Shown here piece by piece: positions 26,312-39,400 of a DNA stretch of 64,000 nucleotides. Origin of the DNA: Azolla caroliniana (Eukaryota > Plantae > Polypodiophyta); NCBI GenBank assembly GCA_043228905.1, contig JBHGNT010000071.1, forward strand, positions 1 to 64,000, in the 5' to 3' direction. A program made the position numbers and the translations under genes. Positions within the stretch are counted from its first letter, which is position 1. Each line of letters starts with the position of its first letter. The notes beneath the pieces were generated by a model that saw only the letters and a list, made by a program, of their open reading frames with translations, did no database searches and was not told the origin of the DNA.

Positions 26312-28286
26312 ATATGTTGAGAGGAAACCCTGAATCTTCTTCTCTGCGCAGGAAGAGGAGGAACCTCATGCAGACCATGTCATTCAAAAGAGCTCCGAAA
26401 TTATCGTGAATAATAGACATGTACACATGTGACATAACCATATGTGTCTGTGTCTGTGTATGTGTAGAATCACAATTTCTTAAAGTTTATGAAGCATACC
26501 ATAGTATGAACCATACGTGCATTCTCATTCGACAGTGTTTCAATCATTCGAGTATGGTAAACACCCTTTGAAGTATGGTAAATACCGTACTTTTGTATTC
26601 ATTATAAGGTTTTTTTTTTAAGGTAAAAAAAGTTAAGGCAAAAAAGTGTAAACAAACATAAGAATGTTTTGCTAACATACGCATTCGTTTTCATTCGTTT
26701 TCAATGCATTGGAGTATGTATATTACATACTATGAATGAAGCATACAACCAATTATATACGGCTTGTCACGGCTTCTCAACAAAAATGAATACAATGTGT
26801 ATGTACATGGCGAAGCTCCACTAGGTAGCTTTTTGGAAAATTATATTTGTCTCACTTTCCAAGCAAATGAAGTCACCGTTTTATTGAAGTGACTTTTGGA
26901 TCTCATGCCTTGTTTATACTCTCAACTCAAAATTTTATAAGCATCACCCCCATGACAAGCCATTTTAAACCAACTATTTGCCCCAACTTGGAATTTGCAA
27001 CATCCTTATCATCACCGCCTACTACATTGAAGTGATTGAAGCCATTATGCTCATTAACAACATTGTTGCTTTCCACAAACATGTTTTGTATGAAAACATC
27101 TTTTGCAAATAAATATATTTACCCCGTACAACTCATCAAAGATTGGGTCATTTTGAGACATTAACCCATAAAGTACCGAAGAAATAGGTTTGTATGTTGT
27201 AAGGATTTTTGAAACTAATCTCCTTTGCGCACCGTAAATGAGTACGAGGCATTGAGAAATTATTCATTGAGAAAATGTAGATGGAAGGTGGGTGCCAAGT
27301 TGAATGGGAAACAATGCTTGCATCCAAGGGACTAACAAGCTAAGGAAGAAGAGTTTAGGAGCCACCATTTGTGGATGATGAGTAAAGGAAAAACAATACT
27401 CAATTGACACAAGGGTAAAATTGGACCAACTTATGGAAATACTCGAGTCAAAGTTGTCATTTTTTTTAGAAAAAATACACAATATATCTTTTTCGTATAT
27501 TGACCAAATTGTGTATTTTCAATTTTATGAAACGGTGGAATTTCCGCCTTTGTCATGGAATTTTGAGAACGTGTGATATTGGCATCACAATGTTTTGAAA
27601 AATGGTTTAAAAAACCCCAAAATCAAATGGGATATTCCTTATCCTTCCACTTGTGAATGCGAACGTGTTAAGGATGCTTGTAATCAATGAACAAAAAACA
27701 CTTAGAGCGCACACACCTTCATAATTTTGATGGTACAATACATCCTTCATGTAACTTGGCTTATCATTTCTGGTAGACAAATGATTGAGTGTCCAACACA
27801 AGTCAACCAAAGTCAATAAATATTTTGTGATTATCAAATGGGTTACTAATAGCTATACTCGTATGTATAAAGTTGGTTATAACATACATAGAAAATGTAG
27901 TTAGAAGTAGTGAGATTCAAACTTGTAATGTTCTAATTACAAGATACACACATTTAGCATGCACTACTAATACTTTCACCACTGTAATCAAATGCAAGGA
28001 AGATGAAAGAACACAATTATCCTTGCTATTCGAGAGGGTTCAAGGTTTATTGGCTTGGGCAATAAGGGGATTAATTGTATGCAATACAACTATGTAATTG
28101 GATAGAGAAGTTAGTTGTCCCCTTATTTTTCATTCACCGCGACATCCTTTTGTGGTCAAATATCAAAAGTGTGATCATATATATATAACTACTTTGAGAA
28201 ATTTTTGAAACACTATGAACTAACACTTATATGCAACACTTGCCACAATGTCAACCTTTGAAGTGAGGTGATCTCGATTGTTGGTC

Positions 28287-28450
<164 letters not shown>

Positions 28451-28908
28451 AGAGATATAGATATAAAAACAAATATCGATATAGATGCACATCATTTTTT
28501 TCGAACCATTTCTTGTTGGATGCCAATCTTTGAAAATTGTAGGCATCTACCTCATGATGCCAATGTTTGAAATGTCTAGAGAAGCGAAAACCATACTGTC
28601 AAATACATATGGCAAGCGCAGGCCCTATAACACTTGAATCACCCATGTGGAAGGGAGGATAGAAGAACGAGCAGATGCAAAGACTTCTCCATAGGAGTTG
28701 AGCTAATACGACCGGGGTAAGTCTTTTGGGTGGGTAGTCCAGGAGATAGGAGGGACAATCCACTTGCTAGTGGTCACTTGCTAGTATATACTTTATAGTA
28801 TATACCTACCTATACAAGTAGATAGACAGAACCGGCTCTACAAACAAGGAATTGGGAGGATGCATTGAACTCTGTTTTCTGCTCTGGTTCTCATTCAATC
28901 AAGCTCCC

Positions 28909-31900
28909 ATGGCTGCCCATTGGACACAGAGGACCATCGCCCTCCCTCCTTACAAGAGAGGCTGTCATCTCGTCACTCACAAGGTGCATGTTTCCTGTCT
29001 CTCTCTCTCTCTCTCTCATACAGCTTTTTTTGATGTTTCGATCGAATCGATTGAAGAGTCTGAAAATGAGGTTTTTTGTTCCTTTGGTCGAATTTTCTAT
29101 GCATCATCAAGTGCTTGTTTAAGAATTAGCGTTTGCGTTTTTTTGATCAAATGTTCTGTGCATCATCATGTGAATACTTATTTTATGCATATATCTTTCT
29201 TATTACCACAAAAAACAGTGAATAAACTTGTCGTATTAGTATAAAAAACGAAGTAAATAAATTTTCCATTAAGAGGATCCATAAATATGCAAAAATCATT
29301 TGTTATTCGCTATGGCATGCTTTTATATATAGAGTTCATCAAGTCTATCATTCCCAACCAGTTTTCAGAAACAAAAAATTCTTTATTAACTGGCGTGGTT
29401 TCCTTTTCATGCATCAGATAATAGGAAATTAGAATCGGGGACAAATCATGTATATTTTGAGACATAGCAAGGATTTAAAGAATGGATCAAAATGTTGAAT
29501 AACAGGAGGAAGCAGGTTGTCCACAATGCAATCTAAATCTAGCCAAGAAAAACAAACTCAATTTATGAGCTAGAAATCATAGTGTAACTTGTAAGTAATG
29601 AGTGATTTGTAAAAAGGTGGGTTTATTTGTTGAAATTTCCATATCGGAGAAAGTACAGTTTCATGAAATTTTATGAGATTGTAGCAGTACACCTACTGGT
29701 AAAACACACACACACACACACAGAGGCAGGTGATAATTGGACATATGCGTTCTTTGCAATATTCTTTCTCATTGGCTACCTTGGTTGTACCATTGCGTGG
29801 TTAATGTCTGGGAATATGATGATTCTTCCATTGGCATGGAAGATTTCTCTTATACATCCATACATCTTGGCATTCGGTGAATCACTCACATGTGCATCAT
29901 GGGACTTGCAATTCACTACTGTTGATTGCACAAAATCCAATTTTCATATTGCAATAGTTCATCTATATACCTATATGTTCTCTGAAGAGTACCTCACCAT
30001 TTACTCATAGAGTACACCCCTCACACTCCTCTCCATGTTGGTAATGCGCAATACAATGTAGTTGGACTGGATAGAATCATTTAAGACTTTGGCCTCAAGA
30101 TACCATGCACTGCCCAATATGATGTTTGATGGGTCTCAAGAACATATTCACTTGTGGATACTCACTATTCTCTAACAGTATACTAGGTAATGTGCAATAC
30201 AATATAGTTGGGCTTGATAGAATCATTGAAGACTTTGGCCTCAAGACACCATGAACCGTCCAATATGATGTTCGATGGCCCTCGAGAACAGTCACTTGTG
30301 ATACTCACTGTTCTCTAATACTAGTGACACATTCAACCATTTTTATGTCACGTTTTGCTTTATTGGCCCTGATTGCATCTCTATATGTGATCTTTCTTTT
30401 CTCCTCAGGCTGTCAGATTTCTATGTTTTCATGGGATGGGCATTGCCTCTCTCCAATAGAGCTTGCTCTTTGCTGGGTGATTACAACAAAGCTAACATCT
30501 TTGAAAGGAATGGCACGCTATATAAAGATGTGAATAAACCTTGTATAATGAGCAATTTGCTTGGGACTGTTTGATCATGCCAATACCATTTTTGGCTCAC
30601 TCTTGAAAAGGGGTCCTCATAGTCCAATGGTTGCAGTTCAACTCATTTTTGTAACATTAATATGTAGAACCCTTCCTTCTTGACATTATGGTGTATTTGA
30701 AGAGATCTTTCCTGAAAAGAGAGAGTGAGGGAAAGAATGGCATCATCAAGCTAATTTTATGAAGGGCTGGATAGTCCATTGATTAAATATATGGCTGAAT
30801 GTGGTTTCTGGTTCCTGGGCTGAGACAATATAAGAAAAATAAAATGAAATGAATATTATATTAATATCTTCAAAAGACCAAAGTGGTAAATGAGACTAAT
30901 CGAATCTTATGTAAAGCTGCTCATGGTATCAAGGCCTGTTAATGTTGTCTATGGAGCTTCTGTTTTTTTGCTTGCAAACTAGCATGAAGCATAATATATC
31001 TACTATTGAGAAAGTACTGAAATCAATTGGTTTTGTTCTCCATGCATATAATTAGCTCTGTTTTGATGGCGCTCAATTGGTTTTGTTCATTCTCTCTCCC
31101 TCTCCCTCTCCCCTTGGAGGGAGTAAAAGAGATCTAGATGCTTTAGAGTCATTTTGTACAAACAAAGATTTGTCTGTAAATCTTCACAAAACTGAGGTGA
31201 TGGTAAATCATTCAAGTATGGGTAACAAGATCAGAACTGGAATTTGTTTTTGGTAAGTAAAAGGTGCTATACATACGATCCTACACATTCATAGGAATAA
31301 CATTCAAAGGGTCATGGTTCACCCTAAAAGAGGCTACTTGTGCTTGAATTTCTCATGGATATGATGTGCAGCCCTTGGTGCCCTTGAAAACACATACTGG
31401 TAAGATGGATTTATCAGCATGCTATCTTAAGTTGAGGTACTTGCACACAAGTAACAAAAACAAGGCTGCTTGTATTTTCCAATATTGATCCAAACTTTCT
31501 GCATTACAACACGGCACCCTTTACCATCATAAAACACCAAGATAAAGTTTGAAAAAGTAACGTACCTAGAATTAATGTAGGACTCACTTCAAATGCATCT
31601 ATGAAGAAAGATAATAAAAGTTTAACATCATTTAGTTGCTGCAGTGCCTTTACATGTTGAGCCATGGAAATCCAGTTCAACATTAGATCAGCTGAACCTA
31701 ATTCACCTCACTTAGTTAACTTCTAATGATGCACGTAATGAAATATAATGAGGAGATACAATAGGTAATCAAAGACCAAACTTCAATAATGGTCTGTTTT
31801 TTAATTTTTAATTTGTAAGTTTTACTTGTTTGTTTCTTCCCCAGATTCTCGAAGGTATTGAAAGTGATCTTTCAGGAATCAAGTGCGGCCTTGCCCATTT

Positions 31901-33208
31901 CTTTTGTGAGTTTCCTATATTTGCAGATAAAACTGTAATAACGTTTGACAATGCGTATGTGTATATCTGTGCATTGTGTGTATACATGTGTGCCATAAAG
32001 CTTGTGATTATATCATATAACGTATATTTGTACATATCTATTCAGGATTATAAGAGATTATTTATGTTATTTGAGCAATGATATGGAAGTTTACCCCGAT
32101 CCATTATTATATTAGTGCAAGATGAATCAAATATATGATTACACTATAGAGTGTGACTCAGAGTTTTTGCCTATCCATTTTTGTGAGCAGATGTGCTTGA
32201 CAATTCAAATATATATTATTAAATGCGCAAGCAAACATGTTCTCAATCAGTCTATCATTTATACTTTATGGGATTTGTTGACACAAATAAAAAGCATGTT
32301 TAAATCTGCAGTACAACATACAAGTGCTTCTTTGACTATCAATGAGAACTATGATGCTGATGTTCAAGCAGACACGGAGACATTCTTGAATAGGATTGTA
32401 CCTGAGGTTCTTAATGCTACTTATTATTTTTGCTATCTTTCCTGAATGTTAAAACACGTCTAACTAATTTTTACTTATAGGGAAAAAGTGCTCCTTGGAG
32501 GCATACCTTAGAAGGTAAATTTCCAATACTTTACGGAACGTTATGAGATCCAGGTTTGAATAATGGTAAACTTGGAATTTGGAAACACACTAAGGTTGGG
32601 GTATTCTAAGGTTTTCTGTGGAAAATGAGGGTATTTTGGTAAAAAACATTTCTAAGATAGTTTCTTGTGTGTATGTAAGCATTGAACAATTTATTATCTT
32701 TTTCTCAGGACCTGATGATATGCCAGCACACATTAAGTCCTCGATGTTTGGATGTTCACTAACGTATACCTTCTTGAAAACTTTGTGATTCTGTTTCCTG
32801 GTTTTTATTGAGGTTTTATGGTATTCGTTCAGTTGTTTTCTCTTTAGATACACCGTCTTTGATGTGTGAACACTGAATGTATGTCTGAAGTACGAATCTC
32901 TGTGTTTATTTTGAAAGGATTCCGATAACCAATGGACAGCTCAATCTTGGGACATGGCAGGTTGTTCCTTGCCTTCTTCTTTCCTCGTTGCCTATAGATG
33001 TTCTATTTTCAATGTATAATGAGCATTATAACAATCATTGAAAGTAATTTTTGTTAGATTTATTGTATCACAACATTTTTTTCTCATATCTGAACGTGTA
33101 GCTTTCGCAATCATCAAATTTTCCTTTCAGGGAATATGGCTGTGTGAACATAGAGATCATGCAGGTTCTCGTAAAGTCGTCATTACCATGACAGGGGCTC
33201 AAGCATAG
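28909..33208 (+). CDS. yjbQ: YjbQ/UPF0047 family protein (secondary thiamine-phosphate synthase family), 7 exons
   Basis: Exons 28909-28983, 31845-31905, 32312-32406, 32481-32514, 32709-32763, 32918-32960, 33131-33208. Translation: MAAHWTQRTIALPPYKRGCHLVTHK...LQHTSASLTINENYDADVQAD...HTLEGPDDMPAHIKSSMFG...LNLGTWQGIWLCEHRD...*. Confidence 0.94.
30040..30324. repeat. Intronic tandem duplication, 2 x ~145 bp
   Basis: ggtaatg(c/t)gcaatacaat...gatactcact(a/g)ttctctaa repeated at about 30040 and 30187. Confidence 0.9.
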
Positions 33209-34381
33209 GTTCTGTGCTTTTAGTTCTATGAACCTTTTTGAATATTATATTGTTGAGAAGTATACAAGGGAACTTCTTTTCTTCTAAGTTCCTCCATTAC
33301 AAGGAAACATTTAGTAATCATCCGAGTATATATCTAATATAGCATATTTACACATGTGATTTCCAATTTATGTCTTGGTCTACTGTCAGTCAATGCATGG
33401 TGATCCCAGAGAGTGAATTCCATCACACTATTTCTATAATAATGTGGATGGGGTGTCGATTCGATGAATACTTGATATGTGATTGAAATTCAGAAAATGA
33501 AAGAGTGACGCTTTTATATATGCATTTGAATGAAGTGAATACACATTATGGTCTCAGCAATGTAGGGTATTATCATGGAAATTTTGATGGATTGGTGCAA
33601 CAAAAGGATACATATGAATTTGGTCTTAGAAGACGTTAATATATCTTTCTTTCTTTCTTTTCTAAGATGCCAAAATATTGATATTACAGATGTATTTATT
33701 TATAGATGTTAGAGTAGTTGTCATAGAAAGTAAGTATAATAATGAAGACATTCAAAATCAATTTCTATTTTGGGTGTAAGGCAATTGATTTTTTTGTTTT
33801 TTTTCGGGAACGAATCTCTAAAGCATAATAATGAAGACATACAAAATCAATATTTATTTTGGGCATAAGGCAACGCTTTTCTCCCATATCATGATATGTT
33901 AGCGTTGCAAAAAGGCCATCATGATGCATGTGTGTTGCATTCCATCTTCCAAACCAAATTTCCATATTTTGTATATATAACTGAAACATAAAAAATTGTT
34001 TTTATGTGCCTTTTGGATTTGTTTGCTTGCTTCGATTCTAGGAAGTTAATGGGAGGGACTTTTTGAACCTTAAGCACAACCTTTTCCACGTCCATGATCT
34101 CAATTGAGGGGGATCCCATTTTAGTTAGTAGGAGGTTGCGTGTGGTTTGTTTCTTGGCTTGGAGAAACTTTATGAGAAAATACTTTTGCTAAATTTTCTA
34201 TATAAATAAATATTAGAGAATAATGTTGAAAGGCACACTGATTTATATATTTTTTGTATATGTCCCAACAAGCTCCCATTATATAACCATATATTCTTGG
34301 TCAAACCCATAAAGAGAGGAAATATATGAAGAAATGGGCACATGATCAAGGAGGATGCGCTTGACCAATGGTATTTTATTT

Positions 34382-35369
34382 TGTCAACACCCCTCAATTG
34401 AAAACTTGTGATGAACCGGGCACATGGTCAAGGGGAGATGTATTGACCAAGGGACACACCCTTCCATTAAAAACTTGAAGGGAGGATAAATGAAAATATT
34501 AGGGCATGCATGTGATAAAGTGAATAACTCGGGGGGAAACACAAGAAGAGAAGGGATTGAGGAGGATGAAGGAGAATGCAAGGCAATATATGATGTGAGA
34601 TATCGAGGAAAGCACAGAGGAGCATGTGGCTAAGTAAAAGAAGAGAGGGGGGGGGGGGGGGGGATTCATGTAGACAAGGGGAACTTGTGAGGAGGATTAA
34701 AGGAGATGCCCCTATGGTCTCCCGCCCATGGGACTAAACACTTGCGGCCCAATGAACCGAAACCTATGGAGGGCATCAATGATGTGGTGAAGGAAATATG
34801 ATGTGAGCTATCAAGTAAAAGCACACATTCGGCCAGCCCAACCGAACCTATCATCATTGACATCCCGTGAGAAGGAAAAGGGGGGCATGGGGCTAGAGGA
34901 GGGGCATGATATGAAATAAAAGGAAATATGTGTGGAGGGGCATGCGTGCGAAATAAAGGAAAACTCTGCAGGAGACCTTCGGCATTCCACCCTTGCTTGC
35001 TTGGTTCATGGCGGGGGTTACTGAGTGCCGCGTCTCCCTCTGCACATCCTCTCCTCCTCCATTTCACGTTCTCTCCCCTCACAAGACTCTCAGAGAAGAA
35101 AAACATAAATACAGAAACAACCCATCTTTTTCTGCCTTCACGCATTCTACAAATTAGAGGAAGAGAAGATAGGGGGACATCTAATTTCAATGCATTATCT
35201 CTGTGTTCTTTCAAGCCCTACTCTCTTTCAAAGACAACCATTGTAACTTTGTCTGTGTGTTTTTCAGAGTCGACCTTCACGATTCCCATATCAATAAATT
35301 ATCTTTTCCTTCAACGAATAGAGAGAAAAGAAGACAGCAATCACGTTGAGCTTACCACCTGTATCAGAG
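34382..35369 (+). mobile_element. Probable LTR retrotransposon remnant (LTR plus degenerate primer-binding site)
   Basis: Begins TGTCAACACCCC (34382), has a TATA-like CATAAATA near 35104, ends ...TTACCA (35356), and is followed by cctGTATCAGAG, which resembles the tRNA-iMet PBS TGGTATCAGAGC. GC content is higher than the flanks. No second LTR in the window. Confidence 0.4.
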
Positions 35370-36408
35370 AAAGAGGATATTTCAGTGCCAACACATCTTC
35401 TTCAGAGACCCAGTGTATATGCCTCTCTGCTCTCAAAATTGAAAATTTCTTTTGTGAGAATTATCCCCAGTGATCTTTTTCTTCTTCGCTTCCTCCAAAA
35501 ATGCATGAGAGACAAACCTAAAAACAGTCTATAGGTATGACAACGTAACTGTCTGACATGAAACCAAACCTAAAACAAGACCTATATTTTAAAAGCAAGA
35601 CCTTTTATTTATGTCAGATAATCTTTTTATTAACTTTCCTAATTCTAACTTAAAAGTTGACGACTCCCCATGTTCTCCTTCTCCTCTCCGATTCATCTTG
35701 GCAAGGGAGAGAAGTTCAAATGGGAAGGACCCCCCCGCACATGCTCATGTAGGACCCCACGTGAGGATAGAGAGCCTGAACATAATTGCGAGGTAGTTTT
35801 TGTGCTTACCACAGACTGATAAATTTTTTGAAGTGACGGATGATATCTCAGGCCATATATCGTATGATGAATGTAACATCTACTGTCAAAGATAATAGCA
35901 TTCTTGAAATTTGGGATGTTCTTGTAAGAGAAAACCACCCTAAAATTCATGTCTATTCTTAACCTGTAGGATTTGGTTGCTAATCTCTCTATTGAATCAC
36001 AATGTTTGGGACTGTTGTATAAATTTAGTAATGGGATATTGTTTCACCAAATGTGTACTCGTATAGTATGTTATAAGTCTAAAATTACAACCAATACTCA
36101 GTACTATCTCACTCTGTACATAACCTTGTACCCGTTACACATTGCGAGGCACATCATAAATGTTTCCTATTCTCAAATGCAGCATTTACTGTGTGAATAG
36201 TTCGAGCTATTTGCTTCTGTTCATTTTTGCAGTGTTTTGCATATAAGCATAAATCTGTTCAAGTATCTTTGCCATCTTTTTGAAGATACTAGATTTTAAG
36301 TATGGAGTATTATTGTCCTGGTTCTTTTGCAGAGATTAACTTGCTAATCGATCTAGTTTAATAGTGTGACATACAAGGAAACTGACTAAACTTTCTATAA
36401 AAAAGAAT

Positions 36409-39400
36409 ATGGGGGCATGCGTTTCGAGAATAGAAGGAGGGATGGATGCAGTTGGAGGTATTCAGGATCAAAAGTTCAATGAAGGAGATGCTTTAGAGGC
36501 TGTACAGATGCTTTACGGTGCCAATGGTTTGTCATCACAACTAGAAGTAAGCATCTCTTGTCCTTAAATGAATGCATATTGCTTGCATGAGAATTGCTTG
36601 AAGAGCATGAAAGAAACTATTATGCTGTCAAGATATTTTGATCTAGCCAAACATATCTATCACTGGCCAACTCTGGACATAGCTACAAATAATCACGAGG
36701 AATTAGACTTGTGGAATGCTCTACCATGCACTTGAAAGCTGAACTCATGAAGCACTCATTGACAAGGGCAATGATCAAAATAATGAACACCACAAATTTA
36801 TATATACATTAGACAACGTCAACCAAAAAGGAATGCCTAAGTATTGACTTACTATGTAACCACGAAGTTCTAGAATACGTCAGGGTACAACGTACACAAC
36901 CACAAAGAAATGATTAAACATCGATTAAGTTTGGATATCGTAAAAGAGATTAGAGGCTAGACTTTGCTAGAAACTCTGTGACTTCTTTGTACATTTATGA
37001 ACATTTGGGGGTTACACACAACTGCCTCCATGTGTGATATTTATATGTGTTGACATACGGATTCATTGGGAGTTTGTAAGGCAGTTTGCAGCAAGTCAAT
37101 GATCATCCTGAAGAGTAAATCGAAATATTGTTGCGTGAAGTTTGGAGAGCAAAGCATGAGTTAGATCACACATTTTGTAAGATACTGACTTTTGTGGTAA
37201 CACATGGTAATGTTTATTCGGAGTATCTGAGCTCCTCTTATTCAATGTGTTCTGTTCCATGATGACTCCTTTCTTAGAAAACCCAGCTAATATGCATCAT
37301 GATGGGTTTCTTTGATTGTGCATTCTTTTTTATGTGTTCCTTCTTTCTTTTTGATAAATACACATGGTTTCCTGATTATTTTTTTCTGTTTGAAAGTTAT
37401 CACTGTCTGCCTCAAAGCTGCGTGACAGAGACATATTGTCAAAGGTAGGGTTCTCTAAAAAGTCACACTAATAATACGACTATATTGCATTGAGGTTTTC
37501 AGAAGAACTTGTTCAGAGTCTCTGTAAACTCATTTGGAAGAGATTTGCTGAATGTACAGAGTGATCCTATGGCTGTTGTCTATCTTAAAATGAAAAATGG
37601 AACTTTAGAGGAGCTTGGCAGAACGGAAGTCTGCTTAAACTCTTTGAGTCCTAGTTGGGTTACAAAGGTCCGAGTTTTGTACTCTTTCGAGGAGCATCGG
37701 GTGTTGTTGTACGTGACATAAACATGTCTGCCTTTATGGGACAGATGCACTTGATTTCATTTTCTTACATTTTTTTTTTGTTTACTACAGGTTCAGAATT
37801 TATGATGTAGATACAAACTTCAAGGACGTTCCAACTAAGGTGATAAGTGGTACCACTACTCGCCAAATATATAAAATAATATTTACATGATAGTTATTAT
37901 GTTTACAAGTCAGGCTTGGTTTTCTCACATGATTCACTTAATAATTTGGAAGTTTTGAGACTGAGACTCTATCAACTATTTAGACTTCAAACCTAGAACT
38001 AGTGATGGTTGCAGCATGATAAGGATGCAGATGACCAGCTGCCGGAGCACACTGCTATCTGGGTTGTAATAAATAGATTTCCCAAACTTGGATCTATCAT
38101 CTTGATCATTAGCAGAATCAAATGAGCCACAGTAGGTTTTATATGCCCATAGTTGTGTCTTGATCTTGTACACAATATGGATGTATTATGGTACATGTCA
38201 CTCAGGCATGCATATTGAAGCATTGATATCTGAGTCATAACACCATTAATCCCTCTTCTATTGCATTTGTAGAGTTGAGTTGAGTGAACCACAGAATGAT
38301 CTATATGTGCATAGATGCACATAGTTGTCCTTAATCTTGCATTTGCAAATGACTTATGATACAAGATACTCTAATTTCCAAGATTCATAAACATCATTGA
38401 TCTTTATTAGAGGTTAAACCTGGTCTATGAGACAAAATTGGTCTTGCATGTGTATGTATCCGGGAGATAAACTAAACACTTAATACAAAAATTAAGGGTA
38501 AATAGTGAGTTTGTAGTGTGAGGGTGAAACAACAAACATGGGGAAAGGGTGGTTGAAAACTAGGATATCATAGGATTTTCTATATGTGTCAAATACAATG
38601 ATGAGATTCAATTCAAGAGGACCCATCATATTTTGTTCAACTTGTATTGATGTGAAGAGGTCTGACTGTACTGCCTCTAGGTTTAAGTAGAAGCGTGCAG
38701 TTAGGATCACCCTAATGTCTCATTGGTGCAGACATGGTGCTTGATATCCGGGAACTCTAGTTTACTACCAAGCCAGAGCATCGCTGCTTGCATGAGGTTG
38801 ACCTCTTTGTGCCAAGATAGTAAATTTGTCGATATTTTAAAGAACTCTGCAACCTGGAACTGGCTCCCTCCTCTCTGGATTCTGACTGTGAGAGTGTTTC
38901 TTTGTGCCTTTGTATCTCTAAGAGCAAGTGCCCAAATTGGCACTAGTCTGCAGCTTCCACAATTGTCTGAGTGAAATGTCTCTCATATCATGGGTGATTT
39001 TTTCAAAACACTTTTATATGGACGTCTATGATACCCTTGCTCTTAATCTTTCATAAAGAGATTTTTTATACATGAGAAATCATCTCTCATACTTTCTTGA
39101 GTGGCAGAATGCTACGGGTGTGCAACAATGAAGAAAGCTTTTTGAGGTAGTGGATGCCAAGATTAGCCAGAGAGGTATTTGTATTTGTTTTACTCTTTTT
39201 GGTGACATTTTGAAGAGAGTTTTCTGGTGTTTGGAAAGTCAACTCCCTTGAATACTTGTATATTCTAGATGTCATCTATTTTAGAAGACCATGACATTTA
39301 GGGGCGTATCTTGTGCTTTAGTTTCTTAAAAAGAGTTCTAATGTACTGAGATCCATGCCAAATATCAAAAGTATGTCTAGTATTGATGAAAGAAAAGGAG

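Noticed and set aside
28852-28908. TTG-initiated N-terminal extension (targeting peptide) of YjbQ
   Set aside because: No upstream in-frame ATG, only 19 codons, and no evidence for non-AUG initiation.
34666-35473. 182 aa and 181 aa ORFs on opposite strands
   Set aside because: No recognisable domain. They lie in a GC-richer LTR-like segment where chance ORFs are expected.
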